In this document: positions 11,222 through 20,967 of the stretch, one piece after another
Layout of the letters: the number at the start of each line of letters is the position of its first letter
How positions within the stretch are numbered: the stretch's first letter is position 1
DNA from: Nitrosopumilus sp.
Lineage (GTDB): Archaea > Thermoproteota > Nitrososphaeria > Nitrososphaerales > Nitrosopumilaceae
Length of the DNA stretch: 64,000 nt
NCBI GenBank assembly: GCA_965224195.1
Contig: OZ245040.1
Location: forward strand, 896,001-960,000
Direction: 5' to 3'
Made by a program: the position numbers and the translations under genes
Notes under the pieces: generated by a model
What the model was told of the DNA's origin: nothing
Databases searched by the model: none
The model's input: the letters and a program-made list of their open reading frames with translations, nothing else

Positions 11222-11601
11222 TTGGATAAGAAGAATGAATTTCAGACAGATTTGAGGGTAGAAATGTCCAAGATGAATAGACCCAAATCCAGAAATCTTT
11301 TAGTTTATGGAAAACCTGGAACAGGCAAGTAGAAATGTCCAAGATGAATAGACCCAAATCCAGTGTAAAACAATAGTAATTATTAAAATCTAGAAAACAA
11401 ACAAAGCATGTGAACGTTTTCCAGATAAAATTAGAAGTTGAAACATCAAAAGAAATTCTATTACAGACAATTTTAGAAAACAAGGAGAATTTGGATACAA
11501 ATATGATTGCAATTGCGATTAAAGATTATGTTAAAAACCATGAAAAATATGATATTGAGAAAAAAAGACTCTTAGATTTTATTTCAGATGTAAAAAAATA
11601 A
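11222..11601 (+). pseudogene. Degraded hypothetical gene
   Basis: Frame MDKKNEFQTDLRVEMSKMNRPKS is broken by the 71-bp scar and by in-frame stops, then continues as 11410..11601. Confidence 0.5.
11258..11363. repeat. 35-bp direct duplication flanking a 36-bp insert
   Basis: gtagaaatgtccaagatgaatagacccaaatccag at 11258-11292 and 11329-11363. Confidence 0.95.
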
Positions 11602-11756
11602 AAAATTAATTTAGTTTTTAGGTTATTTTTGCCAATAGTTATGTGTGACTAGTATAGTTGACTTTGAATCATGCTGGAATTTTGGAGGATAATATTTCTA
11701 CAGTTTGAATATAATCATCAGAACTAAAAGGTCGCTTTTCATAACATTGTTCACAT

Positions 11757-12215
11757 ACAAGCCAGATTCCATGGGAAGTTTTGGTGTTGATTGGAGGAGG
11801 CTTGGCCTTGGCTAGTGGTTTTACTGCTACAGGCCTTGACATGTGGATAGCAGACAAGTTGTTATTTTTGGGGGAATTGGATTATTTTTTGATTGTACTA
11901 GTAATTGTTACAATTACAATGCTTACAAGTGAATTGATGAGTAACACTGCAGTAGATGCATTACTGTTGCCAATTATGGCAGTTTTAGGAGCAACCACAG
12001 AACTTGATCCAATTTTACTGATGGCTCCAGTTGCATTTGCTACAAGTTATGGATTTATGATGCCCGTTGGAACTCCTCCAAACGCAATTGCCATTGGAAG
12101 CGGATATGTATCAATCAAACAGATGGTTCGTTATGGATTACCATTTGATCTTATTTGCATTCCAATTATCACGGTAATGATAGTATTTTTGGTACCTTTG
12201 GTTTGGGGAAGATGA
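11757..12215 (+). pseudogene. SLC13/DASS symporter, C-terminal part
   Basis: QIPWEVLVLIGGGLALA, SELMSNTA and FMMPVGTPPNAI motifs; no N-terminus. Confidence 0.85.
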
Positions 12216-12330
12216 CAAATCTCTTTGAACAATGTAGCTGCTCACATTGAACCTGAATAGTATCATCTTACATCAAGCCTTTTTCTTGAGATAAGGTATC
12301 AATATGATTTAGTGAATTTTGTTCAAGAAA

Positions 12331-12594
12331 CTAGCAATTACACAAAAACTCTAGATTGTTTGCTTGACCACTATGTAGATCAGTTGTCAAAAACCAGCCA
12401 GAAAGCCAATTTCTTTTTGGATAGACATACGTCTTGTGTTCACCTTTGAATGTATAGAAATTGTATTTTTTAGTTCGTAACCAATGTACAATGGTCTCAG
12501 AACGAAGTAATCTCCCATTGATTTCTACATGCGTTATGTTTCCAAAAAAATCTTGTTTGACACAAGCGATCTCATATTCTTCCATTCTGTACAA
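12331..12594 (-). CDS. DUF3892-like protein
   Basis: YEIACV...ITHV...FYT...FLTT....ANNLEFL.NC pattern. Confidence 0.65.
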   Translation of the reverse strand: MYRMEEYEIACVKQDFFGNITHVEINGRLLRSETIVHWLRTKKYNFYTFKGEHKTYVYPKRNWLSGWFLTTDLHSGQANNLEFLCNC

Positions 12595-12684
12595 CGTAAT
12601 TCAAATTTATTATAAAAGCAATTGTAACATAATATCCATAAAAATAATCATAATATTTTTAACTAAAATCATTACATTTTTTGC

Positions 12685-12789
12685 ATGAACAAACGTTTTG
12701 GTATGGTAATTGCTACCTTGGGAATCATAGTTACTTTTGCTGTGATAATTGGTTCACCAGCACTTGGTGGCTTTGATGCTATGAGATAA
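12685..12789 (+). CDS. Small single-TM peptide
   Basis: 34 aa, MNKRFGMVIATLGIIVTFAVIIGSPALGGFDAMR. Confidence 0.5.
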   Translation: MNKRFGMVIATLGIIVTFAVIIGSPALGGFDAMR

Positions 12790-12979
12790 TTTAGTAGCAT
12801 AAACTTCATTATTAATTTTTGAAACTAACATTAGTAATAACTCACATCGAGTCTGAATAGAGTAGTATACTTTATGACTATCACAAATAAAGAAAATGAA
12901 AACTAGATATTCTCACAAGGGGACCATCACTTTGGTTAAAGTCTCTGTAGGCTCAATTCTTAAACCATGATGATGTTAT

Positions 12980-13438
12980 TTGGTTATGGATAATGTAACA
13001 ATCCGAGACGTATGCGACAAGGATGTTCCTATACTTCTTGGATTATTGTATGATCTAGGGCGTCCAAAACCCCAAAAAGATTCTGATGTTGAAATATTTC
13101 GTAAATTAGTTACAAAATATGTGAAAGATTCAGACAAAACAATTCTTGTTGCAGAACTTGATGACATGAAAATTGTTGGCATGGTAAGTATTGTGTATTT
13201 GTCAAGATTAAACCAATCAACTTTGGAGATGTATGTTCCCGAATTAGTTGTTCTTCAAAAACATCAAAATCATGGAATTGGAAAAAAACTAATCCATTCT
13301 TGTATTACTCTTGCAAAAGAGAAAAAATGTCACAGAATTAGATTAGAATCTGGTAATCGACGAAAAGATTCTCATGAATTCTACAACCATTTGGGATTTG
13401 AACAATATGCTCTTTCATTTACATTGAATTTAGATTAA
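12980..13438 (+). CDS. GNAT N-acetyltransferase
   Basis: LVV..HQNHGIGKKL and HEFYNHLGF motifs. Confidence 0.9.
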   Translation: MVMDNVTIRDVCDKDVPILLGLLYDLGRPKPQKDSDVEIFRKLVTKYVKDSDKTILVAELDDMKIVGMVSIVYLSRLNQSTLEMYVPELVVLQKHQNHGIGKKLIHSCITLAKEKKCHRIRLESGNRRKDSHEFYNHLGFEQYALSFTLNLD

Positions 13439-13452
13439 CCGACATTTCTCAA

Positions 13453-13635
13453 TTAAGAATCTGAATTTGGAACATAGTCTTTACATGAACATTCACTACA
13501 TACTATGTTTGATTTCAATTTCCCCGAAGGCATTGAAGTTCCTGCTAGGAAATCCCCATCGCCATGACGATCTAACAAAAGTTGATGATCTTCTTTTGAA
13601 TGTGAACAATTTTTGCAATTATCATCTGTTATCAT
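13453..13635 (-). CDS. Small Cys/His-rich metal-binding protein
   Basis: CKNCSH...H and CSECSCKDY. Confidence 0.6.
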   Translation of the reverse strand: MITDDNCKNCSHSKEDHQLLLDRHGDGDFLAGTSMPSGKLKSNIVCSECSCKDYVPNSDS

Positions 13636-15484
13636 GATTTATTTTGTATTTGTAAACTCCTATTTGTGGGTTTCACTAAACAATTCTCACAAGGGGAATT
13701 GTTTGATTGGTTCAAATTTTTACATATTCAACACTGAGATGGATTAATTATTTCAAAAATAAAACTAAAGATCCCATTACAATCAATATGCTTATGAAAA
13801 TTAACAAATTTCTAATGGGATTCCTAACAACATATCTTTCATCATGTTTTCTTAGGTGAAATCAAAGACTTCGCCCCTTTCAATTCTTTCCTTGAACTTC
13901 TCTTTGGATTTTTCATGGGCTATGTCATTTTCACTTTGTAGGGTTTTTTTTGACATGGATAATAATGACAGTTATTGAATTTATTGTAGCTAGTTGGAAT
14001 TCCTAAAACTTGTAAAGAAATTAACAAAAAAATTGAATACGTGTTCAATATGCTTTCCAATTACTTTTTGTTTTATGTTTGGTAATAGTAGTTATGACTA
14101 GAACAGAAAGAAGACGAAATACTGCCCATCCTACACGGGATGGGAAACACAATCCAGTATGTGTTGATCCTAACTGTGAGGATTGTTAATTTGTAGGTGG
14201 TGGACCAAATGGGATTGAAGCCCTGGCAGTCGTGGGTTTATGATACATTCATCAGACGACTTAATGGTTGTTATAAAGGATGTCCTGTAGTGGTATAAGT
14301 AATAATACCATATGACAAGAATATCACTAAAGCGATGCAAACTTTTTGAGAACCTCAACACTAAGGGACTCCTCATGGTATTTTACCCCGTCTTTGTTTT
14401 CACTCTTTGTAATTATTACCCTGGGGCCGAGATCTTCTATCATCCTAACTATCTTCTTTTGTAGGACCATTACCAGGGAGAGTAGGGTATAATATTGTCA
14501 GTTATGATGTACTGGTGTCTTTACTGTTGCCAGTATGAGTATGGGAGAGGATATTTACAATGAGTGTTGAGGGTTTGTCAAAAAAACATCTTATGCAACT
14601 ACGAGAAGCTGGGACCAACTTTTATCCAACAAATAAGGATGGGAGAAAAGAGGGGATTTACAAAGATAAAGTGGTTGCCATAAAAAGAGAGGAGCAAATA
14701 TTTAGGACACTACAATCAACTGAGGAATTTGAGCATGCAATATCACAGCCGAATTTTTGTGCAGTGTTTACTACTAACTCTCTTGCATTTGTAATTGATG
14801 ATGATACTGAAGAAAATATCAAGGTGGCCAGAGACCACACCATATGCACGTACAGAAAAAAGATTGATCGCACAAGCTTCCACTATTTTGTAATTGCAAA
14901 AACCACGAGGATTTTGAAAAGCTTGCAGTAAAAGACGAGTATATCGAGCACCTTGAGGTGTTTACATATCATAAAATGCGCGTACTTGACGTCCAAGGCC
15001 ATTTTAGGCTTGACAACAACAAATCAGATCCCAAAGCATCATGGTTCCTAAAGGGTGGAGACTACCAAAGACTGCGGATATCCCCTCATTACATATGATA
15101 TGGCAAAGAACATACCAGAGTGGGGGTAAGCCTGATTCGTCTGGGGATGGCAAAAGCGTATCCCTGAAAAAATTTCAAGGAGTAGATATTAACAAGCCAC
15201 CAACACCACACATGACAAATACCAGATTTAACAGCATTGCAATAAAGTGTCTAAGTTATGAAGGCTGGAGTGATGAGAAGACATTAAAACACCTAGAGAT
15301 GCTAAATACAAAAAGAGCATATCCTCATACCAACGATCTAAAACAATATATCACCAATGCAAAAAAATACCTGGAGGATTTTAAAGATGATTTTAAGGAT
15401 GGCATCTACCCCATAACACTTGATAACCTAAATGATATAACAAACCCAAAATACGCAGACAAGCTTGTAACTGTTAGGGGAGTA

Positions 15485-15590
15485 GTATCAAGTAATATGA
15501 TATCATACAGCGTTCCATTTGTAAACAAAGCTGAGCTATTGAAGAAAGGTCTAATGGTATCAAGTAATATGATACCATACAGCGTTCCAT
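15485..15590. repeat. 34-bp duplication (1 mismatch) flanking a 38-bp insert
   Basis: gtatcaagtaatatgata[t/c]catacagcgttccat at 15485-15518 and 15557-15590; period 72. Confidence 0.9.
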
Positions 15591-16526
15591 ACAAACTAAA
15601 AGTCAAATGCATCAATGAAGATGAGGGTCACATAACACATGACAATGAAGAAGACAGAACAAAGATTGTGACAATCAGAAAAAAAAACAATGCCTTTATT
15701 TGTTGATGCCAGTTATAGTGGAAAAAATAAAATATTAGGTCCAATATCGAAGATACCTTTTGATTCTAAATGTACCACTTTCTATAAGGAAAAAGAGCAT
15801 CTAACAATAAACAGGATGAAGATAAGGTCCATAATGCACTCACTAATCATTGATGGTAAAGAATTCCTAGATGATGATGAAAACAAATACTCCTCATATG
15901 ACATTTATGTACTGCAAAAGGATGCTGGCAACAATCTCACTGCTGGAAAAGAGATGGAGGTGAATGGATATGTTATTGCAGATCCCAAAAACGCCAAAAT
16001 CACAATCATGGCAGTACACGTAAGGGAACTAAATGAGAATAACTATAACATAGAAAAGATAAAGGAATTGCAGGTGCTTCACGCAGGCAAGTCACTACAA
16101 GAGATAGTGGACTGGTTTGCATCAGAGTTCACAAAATACACAAAGATAGTGAAACGCAAAGATCTCATATTAGGTGTCATCCTCAACATGTTTAGCTCAC
16201 TAGGTTTTGAGTTTGAGTATAAGATTGTACGTGGCTGGGTAAATATAATAGTAATTGGCGACTCTACTACGGGAAAATCTGAGATAGTGCGACTTGTGAT
16301 AAAACTGGCTAAGTCTGGGCAGATAGTAAGTGGTGAGATGGCAACTATCGCAGGAATTGCGGGTGCATCAATTCAGGCAACTGGTGGTCAATGGTTTACT
16401 GATTATGGACTATTACCATTACAGGACCGCAAGGCCTTATGGATAGATGGTGCACACAAGATACCAAAACATGAGATGGACAAGCTAGCAGAAGCTGAGA
16501 GGAGTGGAAAAATAGAGATAAACAAG

Positions 16527-16638
16527 GCATCAAAGGGCTCTGCATGGGCAAGAACCAGACAGCTGAGAGAGAAAGAATTGCAGCTGCCATTGCAGCTAAC
16601 TAGCATCAAAGGGCTCTGCATGGGCAAGAACCAGACAG
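16527..16638. repeat. 36-bp direct duplication flanking a 40-bp insert
   Basis: gcatcaaagggctctgcatgggcaagaaccagacag at 16527-16562 and 16603-16638. Confidence 0.95.
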
Positions 16639-16672
16639 GGTAAAATTATGAACCCCCTTAATGATGAGGGGC

Positions 16673-16768
16673 GTGACACTACCACCATGAACAACTTTAT
16701 TTGAAATGGTGGGACACAACAACCAACGCTGCGATAGTGTGACACTACCACCATGAACAACTTTATTT
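16673..16768. repeat. 30-bp direct duplication flanking a 36-bp insert
   Basis: gtgacactaccaccatgaacaactttattt at 16673-16702 and 16739-16768; period 66. Confidence 0.95.
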
Positions 16769-17160
16769 ATCCTATACAGGCACTTACAAACTCGTTCCAA
16801 TTACAAACAATTGCCCGCTTTGACTTGGTATTATTTGTGCTAGATGATGAGGCCACAAAGTATATTGTCAGTGAAAACCTAGACAAGCACGGTAAAACTG
16901 ATAATTTTGACTTGTCGTATATGGGTCAATAGTAAATATTAAATGCATATTATTTTATACTTTACTAGTAAAATAATAGGGGGTCAGTAAAATAATAAAG
17001 GTTTAGTAGAATAATTAATTATACATTGCAAGCACGTACTAGTATATCTTGATTTTAACATTGTAGGGACATATATCAAAACTACAAGTTAAAGTCAAAC
17101 TATAAAATTATAAAATATAAAACCATAAACTATAACATTGAGAATCACTAATCAAATATC

Positions 17161-17268
17161 ATGTCATATTTCTACAAGAGATGCCCAAAGTGCAATGAGA
17201 TATGTGCTGGTACCATAGAACTGGTAGGGCATTTCCAAGAAAACCCAAGTCATAGGCCAAAGCCATAA
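17161..17268 (+). CDS. Small C2H2 zinc-finger peptide
   Basis: 35 aa with CPKC-x12-H-x6-H. Confidence 0.5.
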   Translation: MSYFYKRCPKCNEICAGTIELVGHFQENPSHRPKP

Positions 17269-17327
17269 TTAAAACTATGATTAAACTTGATCAATAGTAA
17301 AATCAAAAACTGTTATGTACTATTAAC

Positions 17328-18416
17328 CTATTTGAAAAAGAATCCAAACACCTTGCTTATTGCTGATTTTTCATTTATTACACCAAAGGATATTGTAGGT
17401 GTTGGCTTTTCAACAAAGATACCCTGCGGTCTATACAGTAATACTGCAAGCAATATTACACCAAGTAATAAGAAATCAAGCCATACAACATCAAATGGAA
17501 CAAAGCCCTCCATAGAGTCCTTGAAAAATATTATAACCTTACGCAGTACTACAAAGATTAGTGTCCCAACTAGTACTCCCTTGTTGTTTGCCAACCCGCC
17601 AATGAGTATCATTAAAAATGGCCAAAATGTCCAGCTAGCCCTGTCGTATGCAAATGCAATTGTCCCGCCCACGTAAAATGCGTATAGTGCTCCACCAATA
17701 GCTGCAAGTGCAGCTGATATCATGATAATTTTTATCCTAACTTGTGTTGCATCTTTCCCCAAAGAGTTAGCTGCTACCTCATTATCCCTTACTGCCCGCA
17801 GCATTCTTCCCAGCGGTGAGCGAATCATCTTTTCACTATATATAAAAACTGCCATGGCAATTAGCACCAAACCAAATGTGGCTATAGGAAAACGCATCTC
17901 ATCAGGTAAAAACGATAACGGATCAGGAACCTGCACTCCCAAGGTTCCACCAACTAGCGGTGTGAAATTACTCCCAATTATACGGATACTCTCACCAAAG
18001 GCTAGCAATGTAATTGCCAGATAATCCCCACGCAGCCTGATTGCAGGGTATGATGTTATAATGCCCAAAGCCCCGCCAACTGCAGCAGCTACCCCCAATG
18101 TCAAAAAGAACACTGCAAACCCTACTCCAATATTATCTACCAACCATACATTAACTTGGGATATTATTGCTATGTTATCTGCAATATAATCACCTTCAAT
18201 GCCTGCCATGTTTACAAAAATCCTTCCTGGAACTGATGCTGCAACAAACGCACCAGCACCAACTGCTAGAACTTTACCAAAGTTTGGAATGCCTGTATAT
18301 CCAAACTCCATGTTTAAGCTAAGATTGACAATGGCATAGATTGCAAAGATTGCAAGCAAGTCTACAAGAAATATAGTCTCAGATTCTAAAACCATGGTTT
18401 TCTCAACTTTGACCAA
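17328..18416 (-). CDS. livM: Branched-chain amino acid ABC transporter permease
   Basis: RLRGDYLAITLLAFGE and SPLGRMLRAVRDNEVAANSLG motifs. Confidence 0.9.
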   Translation of the reverse strand: MVKVEKTMVLESETIFLVDLLAIFAIYAIVNLSLNMEFGYTGIPNFGKVLAVGAGAFVAASVPGRIFVNMAGIEGDYIADNIAIISQVNVWLVDNIGVGFAVFFLTLGVAAAVGGALGIITSYPAIRLRGDYLAITLLAFGESIRIIGSNFTPLVGGTLGVQVPDPLSFLPDEMRFPIATFGLVLIAMAVFIYSEKMIRSPLGRMLRAVRDNEVAANSLGKDATQVRIKIIMISAALAAIGGALYAFYVGGTIAFAYDRASWTFWPFLMILIGGLANNKGVLVGTLIFVVLRKVIIFFKDSMEGFVPFDVVWLDFLLLGVILLAVLLYRPQGIFVEKPTPTISFGVINEKSAISKVFGFFFK

Positions 18417-19306
18417 TTAATACCTGCAAGTCCACGTGGGGCTAGAAATAGTGTTATAACGATAAATATCAACGGAATTAACGGACGATACGCAATTAGC
18501 CATGCGCCAAACTCTCCTGCAAGTAATCTTGTCCCTAAAACTTCAGTTATACCTATTAGAATCCCGCCAGCTATTGCACCGTATATGCTAAAGAATCCCC
18601 CAACTATACTTGCAGCAAATATAGATGGGATTAATTGTGGTCCAAGATTTGGGTCTCCCTGAAACCATAGTGACATTAGAGCCCCTGCAATGCCTGCCAG
18701 CCCTCCACCTATCAACCACGATATGCCATAGACTAGCTTTACGTTAATCCCAACTATGCTGGCAAGATCAGAGTTTTCAGTAGCTGCCCTCATTGCAATG
18801 CCAAACTTTGTTTTTTTTAATACAATGTGCAGTGATACTGCAAGTACTGCTACAGCAGCTGGTGCAACAAATACTAATAATGGCATATCCATAAACTGCA
18901 CGTCATAACTTCGCAGGGTAAACTCCCTTGATGTTATCTGGTATGTCCTTACAATGTAATCAGCTGAGATGTTTAATATTGCAATTATGATCAAGTCAAA
19001 TGCCAGTGTAGCAATCATCTGTATTGCCTGTGATGCGCCTTTACGGATTAGAGGCTTTAGGATTAAACTGTATAGTGATATGGCAACTACTCCTGATATT
19101 ACAAAGGCAATTGGTATTGCAATGTATGGGGTAGAATCCCATATACGACAAGCAATTAGGGCAATGTATACGCCAATTGTAGCAAAGGATGCATGAGCAA
19201 AGTTTGGTACTCGTGTTGTAAGGTATGTGAGTGTGAGGCCAATTGATAGTAAAGCAAGAAGACTTGCAAAAATTATTGCATCTGAAAATATGGGATCAAT
19301 AATCAA
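18386..19306 (-). CDS. livH: Branched-chain amino acid ABC transporter permease
   Basis: GLTL..VPNFAH and TKFGIAMRAATEN motifs. Confidence 0.9.
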   Translation of the reverse strand: MIIDPIFSDAIIFASLLALLSIGLTLTYLTTRVPNFAHASFATIGVYIALIACRIWDSTPYIAIPIAFVISGVVAISLYSLILKPLIRKGASQAIQMIATLAFDLIIIAILNISADYIVRTYQITSREFTLRSYDVQFMDMPLLVFVAPAAVAVLAVSLHIVLKKTKFGIAMRAATENSDLASIVGINVKLVYGISWLIGGGLAGIAGALMSLWFQGDPNLGPQLIPSIFAASIVGGFFSIYGAIAGGILIGITEVLGTRLLAGEFGAWLIAYRPLIPLIFIVITLFLAPRGLAGINWSKLRKPWF

Positions 19307-19360
19307 AACTGTTAATGTTGCCCAGAAAACCCTTTATTTCTTTGTACCTTTGTACCTTTA

Positions 19361-20116
19361 ATGGCAATTTTATCAATATCTGGCATAAGCAAGCACTTTG
19401 GAGGGTATACTGCACTTGATGGCATTGATATACGGTTGGAAAAAGGCAAGATGTATCAGATGATAGGCCCAAACGGCTGCGGTAAAACCACACTGATAAA
19501 TGTAATATCAGGACTGTTAAAACCAGATGCTGGAAAAATTATATTTGATGGAGATGACATTACAAAAAAAGGACTATACAATACTTTTAAGCTAGGCCTA
19601 GTAAGAACCTGGCAAATACCCCAGCCATTTGCTAGCTTGACTGTAATGGAGAACTTTATGTTATCAGGGGTAGGCAACACTGGTGAATCATTTTTGTATG
19701 CCCCAGTAAAATCAAAGTGGGAAACTGACGAGCAAAGAATTTCAGACAAAGCACTGGACATAATGGAGATGGTAAACTTGTCTGAAAAAAAAGACATTGC
19801 AGGCAATAGTCTTAGCGGTGGCCAACAAAAACTGTTGGAGCTTGGACGTGCCATGATGTCCGGTGCTAAAATGATTTTAATGGATGAGCCAATAGCAGGA
19901 GTTAACCCCACTCTGGCACAAGAGATTTTTGAAAAGATTTCTGAGATTTGTAAAAAACAAAAAATTACATTTTTAATTGTAGAGCACAGATTGGATATTG
20001 CACTGCAGTATGTGCAGCATGTCTTTGCAATGGATAGTGGGCAAATAATTACAGAGGGCACACCTGATGAGATTGTAAAGAATCCTAAAGTATTAGAGTC
20101 ATATTTGGGGAAATAA
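19361..20116 (+). CDS. livG: Branched-chain amino acid ABC transporter ATPase
   Basis: GPNGCGKTT, GLVRTWQ, LSGGQQKLLELGRA, MDEPIAGVNP and ESYLG motifs. Confidence 0.9.
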   Translation: MAILSISGISKHFGGYTALDGIDIRLEKGKMYQMIGPNGCGKTTLINVISGLLKPDAGKIIFDGDDITKKGLYNTFKLGLVRTWQIPQPFASLTVMENFMLSGVGNTGESFLYAPVKSKWETDEQRISDKALDIMEMVNLSEKKDIAGNSLSGGQQKLLELGRAMMSGAKMILMDEPIAGVNPTLAQEIFEKISEICKKQKITFLIVEHRLDIALQYVQHVFAMDSGQIITEGTPDEIVKNPKVLESYLGK

Positions 20117-20117
20117 A

Positions 20118-20834
20118 ATGGCACAGGCTGTAATTAAAGTAGATAAACTAAACTCAGGATATGCAAATGCCCATGTGTTGTTTGATGTGGATTTTGAGGC
20201 AAGAAAGCAAAAAATTACCATAATTGTGGGACCCAACGGCAGTGGAAAATCCACGCTACTCAAAAGCATCTTTGGGTTGTGTTCTGTATATTTTGGAAAA
20301 ATTACCTACAATGAAGATATCATTACAAAGCTAGCGCCACATGAGATTGCCCGCAGAAAAATTGCATACCTGCCACAGATAAATAATGTGTTTGCAAATC
20401 TTACCATACATGAAAATCTCTTAATGGCAAGTTACACTTTGGATGCAAAAACCATACAGACAAAATTGCCTGAAACATTTGAGACATTTCCAATCCTTGA
20501 GCAATACAAAAATGCAAAAGCTGACATCCTAAGTGGCGGGCAACGTCAAATGCTTGCAATGGCAATGGCACTTGTACGTCAACCAAAAGTAATGCTCTTT
20601 GATGAGCCAACAGCCAGTCTCTCACCCAAACTAGCTGATGAGGTACTAGCAAAAATAAAGCAGATAAGAGAAAAGTATAATATTACAGTAATACTAGTAG
20701 AGCAAAACGTCAAGCGGGCACTAAATATGGGGGATTATGTGTATTTGCTGGCTAATGGCAAAAAGATATTTTGTGGGAAACCAGACAAACTCTTAGAGCA
20801 CCAAGAGCTTGGAAAACTATACCTTGGTATCTAG
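20118..20834 (+). CDS. livF: Branched-chain amino acid ABC transporter ATPase
   Basis: GPNGSGKST, LSGGQRQMLAMAMAL and LVEQN motifs. Confidence 0.9.
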   Translation: MAQAVIKVDKLNSGYANAHVLFDVDFEARKQKITIIVGPNGSGKSTLLKSIFGLCSVYFGKITYNEDIITKLAPHEIARRKIAYLPQINNVFANLTIHENLLMASYTLDAKTIQTKLPETFETFPILEQYKNAKADILSGGQRQMLAMAMALVRQPKVMLFDEPTASLSPKLADEVLAKIKQIREKYNITVILVEQNVKRALNMGDYVYLLANGKKIFCGKPDKLLEHQELGKLYLGI

Positions 20835-20967
20835 ATAAAAAGATATGGGGATATTTTATTGGCATACCAGATAGTGTAATATCAAAATTATCTCTAGTTC
20901 TTTTGATAAGAGATCCCCAGAAAAAAGACAATTCATTTAATAGTGGTGTTATTAGCGTGATCATAAA

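Larger units (their letters stand above)
14560..16860 (+). pseudogene. Primase-polymerase-like + MCM helicase replication gene of an integrated mobile element, multiply disrupted
   Basis: N-terminal FVIDDD / FHYF (Prim-Pol-like). MCM motifs NIIVIGDSTTGKSE, LWIDGAHK and AERSGKIEINKA, plus KIMNP and IARFDL once the inserts are removed. Several frameshifts. Confidence 0.75.
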
